Shown here: positions 7,281 through 14,656 of the stretch, piece after piece
Layout of the letters: the number at the start of each line of letters is the position of its first letter
Numbering within the stretch: the stretch's first letter is position 1
NCBI GenBank assembly: GCA_049517415.1
Contig: JBEKSC010000040.1
Location: 1 to 15,355 of the forward strand
Length of the DNA stretch: 15,355 nucleotides
Reading direction: 5' to 3'
Source: Candidatus Bathyarchaeia archaeon
Lineage (GTDB): Archaea; Thermoproteota; Bathyarchaeia; 40CM-2-53-6
Notes under the pieces: generated by a model
Told to the model about the DNA's origin: nothing
The model's database searches: none
What the model saw: only the letters and a program-made list of their open reading frames with translations
Position numbers and translations under genes: made by a program

Positions 7281-8612
7281 TTACGCCGCTTTGAAGTGTC
7301 TTACTGCATCCGCCAAGCCGGATAGAAAGCCCGCTATCTCTTGAACGGTATTGAAGTGTGCGAGGCTTGCGCGAACACCAATGGTTTTCCCGTACGTCTT
7401 CAACGTCCTGGAATAGAAGCCCCCGCTATTTTCCGCCAAGAGAGCTATTGCATGCTTGTCCCAGAAGTATTGTGCTACCTCATGCGGGTCTGCGCCGATA
7501 ATATTGAAGGTGAAGGTTGGGACACGCTGGTCTGTTCTTTCAGGACCTCTTGGACCATATAATTCTACATCTTTCATATCGCTCAATCCTTCCATGCCGC
7601 CTGCTCCGCTGAGCATAGCCCGCGAAAGAGTCTGCTCATATTTGCGTATCCATGAGAGCGCAGCCTTAAGGATGCGTCTTCTTCCCGTGTATTCGCTTAT
7701 TTCAGCACCAACCTCCTGCTGGACCTCATTTCCTAACCAGTTTAGGTATTCAATCACCGCGCTGATTGAAGCAAAGAGCGCCTGATCTCGAGTTCCCATC
7801 TCCCACTTCTCTGGAGGCTCGTTTGGAGCAGGCACTACTTTGTATGGCTCTAGCTTCTCCAGCAATTCCTTCTGCCCGTAGGCGAAACTTCCGCGTCGGC
7901 TGAACAGCTTGTACGCTGAGAATACGAGAAAGTCGCAATCAAGTTTCTCAACGTCAACTGGAATATGAGGAACCGTGTGGACAGCGTCGAGAATTGTGTA
8001 GGCGCTTACTTCCTTCGCCAATCTAATCAATTGAGCAGCAGGAGTTATCGACCCCATTACGTTTGAGACCCCAGCTATTGAGACTACTCGGGTTCTGCTG
8101 TCGAGAAGACTCACGAAATGCGGTATGTCCAATTGTCCGTCAGCTGGATTAAACCTTGCAAACCTGACTTCTTTGATTACGCCCCGGCGTTCGAGTTCGA
8201 GCCAAGGGCTGATATTCGCATAGTGTTCATAGTCGGTGAGAATGACATTCTCTTTCCCCGACAATTCCTTCGATAGAGCGTAGCTAAGATGAAAGAGGAT
8301 ACTGGTTGCGGATTCACCAGAGAAAATACAACTCTCTGACGGGGCGTTCAGGAAGTCGCTTACGGCTCTTCTACCTTCCATTATTACTTCTTCGTTCCTC
8401 TTCGACTCCCATGAGGGGCCGCCAACGTTCGCGGAACAATCTATGCGCGCCTTCGCTTCTGTCTCAGCAACGCGCCGGAGAACGAGTGATCCGGCGCCAT
8501 TTTCGAAGAATATTCTTCTCCTCCCGTTCGCATCGACATCGGCGCGTGGGAACTCTCCTCTTACGGCTTGGTGTAGTTCACTTAGCACCATGTGGCTAGT
8601 TTGTGCAGTCAA
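7281..8612 (-). CDS. Class V aminotransferase-fold PLP enzyme, cysteine-desulfurase-like but lacking the catalytic Cys loop
   Basis: IFFENGAGS, EHYANISPW, SNVMGS, DAVHTVPH, FSAYKLF (PLP Lys), EMGT, VRASLAHFNT. The segment where SufS/CsdA carry RxGHHC reads ENSGGFYS. Start TTG 8612 or ATG 8591. Confidence 0.85.
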   Translation of the reverse strand: MTAQTSHMVLSELHQAVRGEFPRADVDANGRRRIFFENGAGSLVLRRVAETEAKARIDCSANVGGPSWESKRNEEVIMEGRRAVSDFLNAPSESCIFSGESATSILFHLSYALSKELSGKENVILTDYEHYANISPWLELERRGVIKEVRFARFNPADGQLDIPHFVSLLDSRTRVVSIAGVSNVMGSITPAAQLIRLAKEVSAYTILDAVHTVPHIPVDVEKLDCDFLVFSAYKLFSRRGSFAYGQKELLEKLEPYKVVPAPNEPPEKWEMGTRDQALFASISAVIEYLNWLGNEVQQEVGAEISEYTGRRRILKAALSWIRKYEQTLSRAMLSGAGGMEGLSDMKDVELYGPRGPERTDQRVPTFTFNIIGADPHEVAQYFWDKHAIALLAENSGGFYSRTLKTYGKTIGVRASLAHFNTVQEIAGFLSGLADAVRHFKAA

Positions 8613-8711
8613 GTGATTCTATGCCTCGCATCTGCCAGGCGATACAGCGCCTTTGTTATATTTGTAGGTACCCTTGAGAGGTGACTGACTTCTTGAAGGA
8701 TATGGGCAAGT

Positions 8712-9470
8712 TTACTCACTCATATCCTCAGGTAATTTGTACCAGGCTTTTTTCTCGCCTAACTTTGCCCGCATTTTCCAGTTCATAGTCTTCGGCTCGC
8801 TATTTATCAGTTGAGAAACCACCGCCATCCTATGTTTCACGATTTCTTTATCTTTAGTGGTTAAATCGAATTTGTCAAGCATGGCCGTGGTCTTGTCAAG
8901 TACGATTGTGAAGGTCTTGTAGATTCCCCAATCGTTCGCACAAAGTTCCGCAAGGCGTTTCCCATTTATTGCGTCAGGCTTCTCTGAATCAACAACTTCG
9001 TGATCAAGAAACATTGCGATGATATCTTTGAAGTCTTTCTCGTTCGTTTTGAAGATCTGCAGCTTTGTCGCGAGTAGGTCCGCCATTGTGAGTGTCAACG
9101 GTTCAAGTGTTAGCCTGTCCTTGAGGTCTATTTTGTGGCACATATCGAAGTAATCTAGGAATATGTCCACTCTTCTCTCATTCGGCAGGTCAAAGAACAT
9201 CAGTCGGCTCCCACCACGAAGAGCGTTGAACGAGTCATTCGGCGAGTAGCCGAGCTTAGGGAATAACTCCCGAATCCGGCGAGACTGCTTTTTGAAACCG
9301 ACAAGGTCTATGTCCGGGTATTTGCGTGAGACACTAGGCCGCTTAGCGCTTGGGCATCGAAAACCAATTGCCGTCCCGCCAAGGAGACGAAGGGTGATGC
9401 CTTCACTTTGGGCAGTTGAGATTATCCGGTCGGCCTCATTGAGGATATTAGACTCAGTCACAGGACTCAC
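8712..9470 (-). CDS. Uncharacterised nucleotidyltransferase-fold protein (AbiEii/DUF1814-like motifs), paralog 1
   Basis: LRLLGGTA, RKYPDIDLV, VDIFLD, DLLATKLQ, NEKDFKD. These fit the GGxA / RxxxDxD / K / KDxxD motif series of Pol-beta-superfamily DUF1814-type NTases. Confidence 0.75.
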   Translation of the reverse strand: MSPVTESNILNEADRIISTAQSEGITLRLLGGTAIGFRCPSAKRPSVSRKYPDIDLVGFKKQSRRIRELFPKLGYSPNDSFNALRGGSRLMFFDLPNERRVDIFLDYFDMCHKIDLKDRLTLEPLTLTMADLLATKLQIFKTNEKDFKDIIAMFLDHEVVDSEKPDAINGKRLAELCANDWGIYKTFTIVLDKTTAMLDKFDLTTKDKEIVKHRMAVVSQLINSEPKTMNWKMRAKLGEKKAWYKLPEDMSE

Positions 9471-9479
9471 ACAAGGGAT

Positions 9480-9493
9480 AACAAAAAAGAAGG
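9480..9493 (-). terminator. Possible archaeal oligo(U) terminator after the APC permease gene
   Basis: Minus strand CCTTCTTTTTTGTT in a pyrimidine-rich tract 30-45 nt after the TAG at 9524. Confidence 0.35.
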
Positions 9494-9523
9494 AGGGGTA
9501 GGGTTGTGCTTAAGGGCCTGGGT

Positions 9524-11152
9524 CTAAGGAGGCGGAATTTCTCCGTAAATCTGTGTTATGTTGATACCACGCCGTTCATTCTTAGCTGCGAAGTAGACGA
9601 AGATCGCTACGCCGATCATCATCCAGAGGATTGATACGTCCCAGCCAAGCAGCGAGATTCCGATCGTGCTCAATGTCAGTATCCAAAGCATGCCGATAGC
9701 CGCAAGCGCGCCGAAGAAAGTCATGTCTGGAATCCCGAATATTCTTCTATGCGTGCCTTTCTCCCAGATGTCACGACGCTTGTACGGTAAGACGATAGCA
9801 CAGAAAGCAACCATGACATAGACGAACGCGAACCAGAACGATGAATTTGCTGCGCTTGCTAGGTAGCCCAACGAGGTAAAGAAGGTTAAGGCCACGATTA
9901 CGGCCGCGATCATGGTGAAGATAGTGGCTGGAATGGGCGTGTGGGTTCTGTCACTGACTTTGCCGAACACTGATGGAAACATCCTATCGAACGACATTCC
10001 GAACATGCTTCTGGTGGCGCAAAGATAGGTTACGATTATGGAGGTTATCGGCCAGAACCACCACGCAGCGAGAATTCGAATCGCGGCTGATCCTGCCAAA
10101 CTTGCTGAGAAGAGAGGCATTGATGGGAGTAGCATGTATGGCGCGACGGCCGCCGTCTCGTTGGCCGCCAGTTTCCCTGCTTGGAATAGGTTGTAAACGT
10201 AGCTGTATTGCAGTATGAAGCTTCCATAGGCATTGTATGCTAGCCACGTTACGAGCGAATACCAGATGACCGTTGCAACCATTCCTCCAGTGAACCAATA
10301 TAGGAAGGAGGAGCGTGGGTTCCTCACTTCTCCAGCAACGTACGAGTTGATTTCGTAACCCGTTAGTGCCCAGAAGATGTACACGACAATACCGAGTGTG
10401 TCATTGAACCAACCACTGGAGGTATTGGCTACATAACCAGCCAAGTTGTATTTTGTTGCTAGGCTTTGTATCATTTGGTATGAACCAGCTCCCCATACAT
10501 TGTTCCAAACAAAGGGAATCGTTGTCGGATTGTTGGTAGCAAAGAGTACTGCAGAAACAATAAGGCCGATAGCATTCAGACCCCAGATGGCCATGACTAT
10601 TTTCATGTAGTGTTTGATTTCGATCATCGCCAGCAGGCCAAGAACGACTATTACAAAAATGATGACAGCGCCTTGCGTGACCGTGTTGCTTTCCATTGCA
10701 GTGGCGAAGGCCGTAAGCGCTGGGATTCCTGCAGCCCCACCAATAATGGTGAAAATGACGGGGATGACACTTTCAAGCACGTAGCCGATTAGGCCGATCG
10801 AGAATATCTGAGCTATCCAGTAGATCCATCCTGTCCCAAACCATCCAACGAATGGATCAACGAACCTTGAAACCCAGACGTACGCGCCGGCTGTCCTCGG
10901 CGTAGTTATCCCAAGCAGAGCAAAGCAAATGACACTTAGGAGTGTCGGAACTGCTACGATTAGAAATGCGCCGGGGACACTTCCATTTGGATAGCTGTAG
11001 ATCACGGAAATCGAGTAGAGAGTTATGCCGCTTCCTGCCATCGACGCCCACGGAAGCATGAATGAGCCGAAAGGTCCGATCTCTTTGACGAGCCCTGTTG
11101 ATTTTCTTAGGAAGAGTTCTACTTTGAATTCTTCGGTCAAGGTATTGACCAA
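9524..11152 (-). CDS. APC family amino acid/polyamine permease (archaeal type)
   Basis: LFLRKSTGLVKEIG, PRTAGAYVWVSR, GYEINSYVAGEVRNP, RSMFGMSFDRMFPSVFGKVSDRTHTP, C-terminal IYGEIPPP, many TM helices. TTG start with GAGGT at 11158-11162. Confidence 0.92.
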   Translation of the reverse strand: MVNTLTEEFKVELFLRKSTGLVKEIGPFGSFMLPWASMAGSGITLYSISVIYSYPNGSVPGAFLIVAVPTLLSVICFALLGITTPRTAGAYVWVSRFVDPFVGWFGTGWIYWIAQIFSIGLIGYVLESVIPVIFTIIGGAAGIPALTAFATAMESNTVTQGAVIIFVIVVLGLLAMIEIKHYMKIVMAIWGLNAIGLIVSAVLFATNNPTTIPFVWNNVWGAGSYQMIQSLATKYNLAGYVANTSSGWFNDTLGIVVYIFWALTGYEINSYVAGEVRNPRSSFLYWFTGGMVATVIWYSLVTWLAYNAYGSFILQYSYVYNLFQAGKLAANETAAVAPYMLLPSMPLFSASLAGSAAIRILAAWWFWPITSIIVTYLCATRSMFGMSFDRMFPSVFGKVSDRTHTPIPATIFTMIAAVIVALTFFTSLGYLASAANSSFWFAFVYVMVAFCAIVLPYKRRDIWEKGTHRRIFGIPDMTFFGALAAIGMLWILTLSTIGISLLGWDVSILWMMIGVAIFVYFAAKNERRGINITQIYGEIPPP

Positions 11153-11174
11153 AGCTGACCTCTGCCGCTAGCGC

Positions 11175-11182
11175 TTATTAAA
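11175..11182 (-). promoter_or_regulatory. TATA-like box in the divergent APC / metallophosphoesterase intergenic region
   Basis: TTTAATAA on the minus strand 23-30 nt upstream of TTG 11152. Confidence 0.4.
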
Positions 11183-11365
11183 CTAACTACGAAGGCCGCG
11201 GCGATTTTCATTCGAGAAAACTGCGTTATAAGAAATAATGCAGAGAAAGGTCGAGCACTGACTGGCGGCCGCGCACTTGCAAGAACCCGCCACCAAAGTG
11301 TAGCATTGGTGATTGACCGAATGACTTAACTTCAGTACGCTTCCTAAATCAAACTTCGACGCAAC

Positions 11366-12313
11366 TTGTCCGGGACCAAGATTCTGTTCGCCACCGACCT
11401 TCACGGTGGAGATACCTACTTTCTCAAGATACTCTCAGTATCAAATAGTTCTAAGGTAAATGTGCTAATGATGTGCGGCGACCTCACCGGTAAAGCGATA
11501 GTGCCAATCGTTAAACTCGATGACAACATATATGCGACAAATTTCTTTGGGGTTGACTACAGGATGAGAGAGGACGAGCTCCCTAAGATACAAAACGAAA
11601 TACGAAAGGTTGGGTACTATTACTACCATTGTGGAAGGCCGGAATATGAGGAGTTCCGGGCCAAACCAGAACGGGTAACGGAACTATTCGACAAGCTAAT
11701 GCAGCAGACAATCAAAAACTGGCTCGCAAAAATTGATGAAATCATTCCTAAGGATGTTCGGGTTATAATGAACCCTGGCAATGACGACACCTTCACCATC
11801 GATGAGGTGTTGAAGAGCTCTGAGCGCGTCGAGTACACATTAGGGAAATGCGTGAACCTTGACGATAAGCACTCGCTCGTAAGCTGCGATTGGGTCAATC
11901 CCACTCCTTGGAATTCTCCCCGCGAATGCAGCGAACGTGACCTAGAGAAACGCCTGCGGGCAGAAATTCAAAGAGCCCCCTCGACAGAGAACTTGGTCTG
12001 CGATTTTCACGCACCCGCATACAATACGGTGCTGGACCTTGCGCCGAAGCTCGGAAAAGACTTGCGGCCGAAATTCTTCATGGGTACGCCTATGATGGAC
12101 CACGTGGGAAGCACGTCAGTAAGAAAGGTCTTACAAGAATTCCAACCAAAGCTCGCGTTACATGGGCACATTCATGAGTCAGCTGGAGTCTGCAACATTA
12201 AGCGTACCATCTGCATCAACCCAGGTTCTGCATATGTGGAAGGGGTAATGCATGGATGCCTGCTGACGCTCACCCCAGACGGCATCGACCATCAGCTAAT
12301 TGTAGGCGGCTAA
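11366..12313 (+). CDS. Calcineurin-like metallophosphoesterase (Icc-related), GNDD variant
   Basis: TDLHG (DxH), CGDLT (GD), PGNDD (11777-11788, in place of GNH[DE]), FHAP, HGHIHE (GHxH), INPGS. Confidence 0.9.
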   Translation: MSGTKILFATDLHGGDTYFLKILSVSNSSKVNVLMMCGDLTGKAIVPIVKLDDNIYATNFFGVDYRMREDELPKIQNEIRKVGYYYYHCGRPEYEEFRAKPERVTELFDKLMQQTIKNWLAKIDEIIPKDVRVIMNPGNDDTFTIDEVLKSSERVEYTLGKCVNLDDKHSLVSCDWVNPTPWNSPRECSERDLEKRLRAEIQRAPSTENLVCDFHAPAYNTVLDLAPKLGKDLRPKFFMGTPMMDHVGSTSVRKVLQEFQPKLALHGHIHESAGVCNIKRTICINPGSAYVEGVMHGCLLTLTPDGIDHQLIVGG

Positions 12314-12514
12314 GAGATATCGACCCAGAAGAGCGAAACGCTAGCCCATCTGTTCAACGGACTCACTCATCGCAAGCCCGTACCACAATGCGTGGGGAAG
12401 ACTTTCATCGTTGTTTCGAGCTTCTGTCTACGAACGCTAGGCAGAGAAGTTTAGTCTAAGATATGTGCCATGTAAGTTCGTCAGCCGTTTGTCTGATGAG
12501 AGCAGCTCGCGAGA

Positions 12515-12559
12515 ACGCGAACATCCTGCGTTCGCGTAGCCAAACAGAACTGCTACGCG
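12515..12559. repeat. Two overlapping perfect 8-bp inverted repeats between convergent genes
   Basis: ACGCGAAC (12515-12522) pairs with GTTCGCGT (12530-12537). CGCGTAGC (12533-12540) pairs with GCTACGCG (12552-12559). The two stems share 12533-12537. Confidence 0.55.
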
Positions 12560-12567
12560 GGTTCGAG

Positions 12568-13479
12568 TTAAATCGTTTCTTCGCGAATCGCATTAGCTTT
12601 GCTCGGGGATGAAGCTGCTGCGACAGAGTTTGAGCGTTCTCGAGTGGGCGTCTCCTTCTTCGGCGCCTCCATGTCGTGCAACGACTGAACTTCCCTGATT
12701 TCTCTCAGTTTGTGTCGAATCAACGTGTTCTCCAGTTCTTCTTTGAGTAAGTGTAGTATGTCGTGGTGCATGTGGACGAATAGGGAATGCGTCCTATCTC
12801 GCGGTCGTTCAAGGGAGATCGGCAGGATCTTTTTCACCTTTGCTGGGCGAGAGGATAGTACAACAACCTTGTCTGCGAGTTCAATGGCTTCTGAGAGATT
12901 GTGTGTGACGAGGACGAACGTTTTTCCGGTCTCTTTGTGGATGTCGGCAACTTCCTCGCGTAGAACGTCCGCGGTTACTTCGTCGATTGCGCTGAACGCT
13001 TCGTCCATGAGGACTACTTCCGGTTCCACGGCGAGGGCACGCGCAATTCCGACCCTCTGTCGCATTCCTCCCGACAGTTGTTTAGGGTACATGTGTTCGT
13101 ATCCTGCTAGCCCAACCATTTCTATATATTCTCTGGAACGGGCTCGACGGTCCGGCTTCGGCGTCTTGCGCATTTCTAGACCGTATTCGACATTCTCCAG
13201 GACCGTTCTCCACGGGAAGAGTCCGAAGCCTTGAAAGACCATGCTAATCTTATCATGTGGGCCTCGAACTGGGCCGCCCTGAAAACGAACCTCCCCTGAT
13301 GTTGGAGCATCAATCCCAGCCATGATCTTGAGCAAGGTGGACTTACCGCAGCCGCTCGGACCAACTATGGTGACAAATTCGCCGTGGTCGATTCCGAAGC
13401 TAACTTCATGGAGCGCGTGCGTCTTGTCACGCGCTTCATAGAATTTGCTTACGTTCTCGAGTTCGACATGCGGCCCCAT
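12568..13479 (-). CDS. NitT/TauT (SsuB/TauB-like) ABC transporter ATP-binding protein
   Basis: Walker A GPSGCGKST, Q-loop MVFQGFGLFPWRTV, signature LSGGMRQR, Walker B VVLMDE with AFSAID, H-loop LVTHN. ATG 13479 overlaps the permease stop (TAATG), so it is preferred over the ORF-track start at 13500. Confidence 0.93.
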   Translation of the reverse strand: MGPHVELENVSKFYEARDKTHALHEVSFGIDHGEFVTIVGPSGCGKSTLLKIMAGIDAPTSGEVRFQGGPVRGPHDKISMVFQGFGLFPWRTVLENVEYGLEMRKTPKPDRRARSREYIEMVGLAGYEHMYPKQLSGGMRQRVGIARALAVEPEVVLMDEAFSAIDEVTADVLREEVADIHKETGKTFVLVTHNLSEAIELADKVVVLSSRPAKVKKILPISLERPRDRTHSLFVHMHHDILHLLKEELENTLIRHKLREIREVQSLHDMEAPKKETPTRERSNSVAAASSPSKANAIREETI

Positions 13480-14291
13480 TAAGCCCACTTCTTGGCCCAA
13501 GACTCCAGTGACCCGAAAAACACCCTGTCAACCACCACAGCAACCAGGGCTATCGCCAGAATTGCCGCAAACCCGCTGTCGAGTGACCCGCCGCTGACGG
13601 ACCCTTCAATGAAACTACCTATGCCCGCAGCTCTTGTCGCTATCTCAATGGCGATTATTATTTCCCAACCGAAGTCGTAGGCGAGCCTTAGGCCGCTGAA
13701 CATGTGTGGGGATATGGCTGGGAGAACCATCTTTGTGAAGGTCGAGAGCCGGTTTGATTTGAAGACCGATGTAACCTCGAAAAGTTCCTTTGGGATATTT
13801 CTCGTTCCGTCTCTCACAGTGAAATATATGGGGAAGAAGCCGGCCAAGGAAGCCATTATGACAGCTGCAACACTTCCCGCGCCGAACCAGAGCACCAAAA
13901 GCGGGAGGAAGGATAGGTCGGGCAAAGCTCCGAAGAGCATAATGAGCGGCGTAAACGTTAAGTCAAATTTGTTCTTGCTCCCCGCAACGAAGGCAATCGG
14001 CAAAGCAGTCGCGAAGGCTAACATTAAACCGAGACTCAAATTTAGGAAACTGTGCGCGATGCGAAGCAGGAACGACGGCTGCTGAATGGACAAGAAGAAA
14101 ACACCTAGCACACCTGAGAAGGTTGGCAGGTTTGCCTGTGGAACCAGGTTGAGCCTTGTAATCAGTTCCCAAGCGACGAATCCCATTCCTAGCGGGATCA
14201 CCCATAGGTAATTCGTAAGCATATTTTCCGAGAGAACCCTACCAGTCAACGACAGTGCGAGGGCTTTCTGTTTCTCGACGGACACTTCCAA
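13479..14291 (-). CDS. NitT/TauT (SsuC/TauC-like) ABC transporter permease
   Basis: WELITR..LP, LPLLVLWFGAG, FFPIYFTVRDG, EAA-loop region ELFEVTSVFKSNRLSTFTKMVLPAISP, GLRLA...W....AIE...GIG. TTG start with GAGGT upstream. Confidence 0.9.
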   Translation of the reverse strand: MEVSVEKQKALALSLTGRVLSENMLTNYLWVIPLGMGFVAWELITRLNLVPQANLPTFSGVLGVFFLSIQQPSFLLRIAHSFLNLSLGLMLAFATALPIAFVAGSKNKFDLTFTPLIMLFGALPDLSFLPLLVLWFGAGSVAAVIMASLAGFFPIYFTVRDGTRNIPKELFEVTSVFKSNRLSTFTKMVLPAISPHMFSGLRLAYDFGWEIIIAIEIATRAAGIGSFIEGSVSGGSLDSGFAAILAIALVAVVVDRVFFGSLESWAKKWA

Positions 14292-14656
14292 GTAACCTCA
14301 AAAGACGAAAACAAGTAGATGTCATACTGTCTGTCAAATTAAGGTTCGAGCCTCTGGACTTAGCGTTTTGCCTTGAAGGCGCGTTCCTGCTCGACAATCC
14401 GTTAACACAATACAACCGTGAACCGTTAAGGGAGTATCTGAAATTTCCGGAACGATTTACAATCGGATGTTAACAAAACTTGCACAAAAAAATATCCAGA
14501 CGAACGCCAAAAATCGTGTGGCCTGCCGGACTAGTTTATGGGGATGCGTAGGTGAACTTAATAGAGGTTGATGGCATCTTCTCCATGCGGTATGTGGAAA
14601 CACAAACCAAAGTTCATGGAACAACAAATGTGACTTAGTTCAGGTTGAGGTACTGC

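Noticed and set aside
8712..9470. Calling the NTases type IV toxin-antitoxin or Abi defence toxins
   Set aside because: The motifs are similar, but no adjacent antitoxin, mobile-element or defence genes are visible and the neighbours are metabolic.
12493..12520. CTGATGAG as a hammerhead ribozyme core
   Set aside because: The short stem after it is followed by GCGAGAAC, not the required GAAA, and I could not build stems I and III.
2970..14205. Numerous antisense or out-of-frame ORFs inside the large genes (e.g. 3493-3969, 5484-5948, 12710-13234, 13702-14085)
   Set aside because: They lie wholly within well-supported CDSs and have no family features.
14341..14357. GGTTCGAGCC (and GGGTTCGAG at 12559-12567) as tRNA T-arms
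   Set aside because: No 5-bp T-stem, acceptor stem or cloverleaf can be formed.
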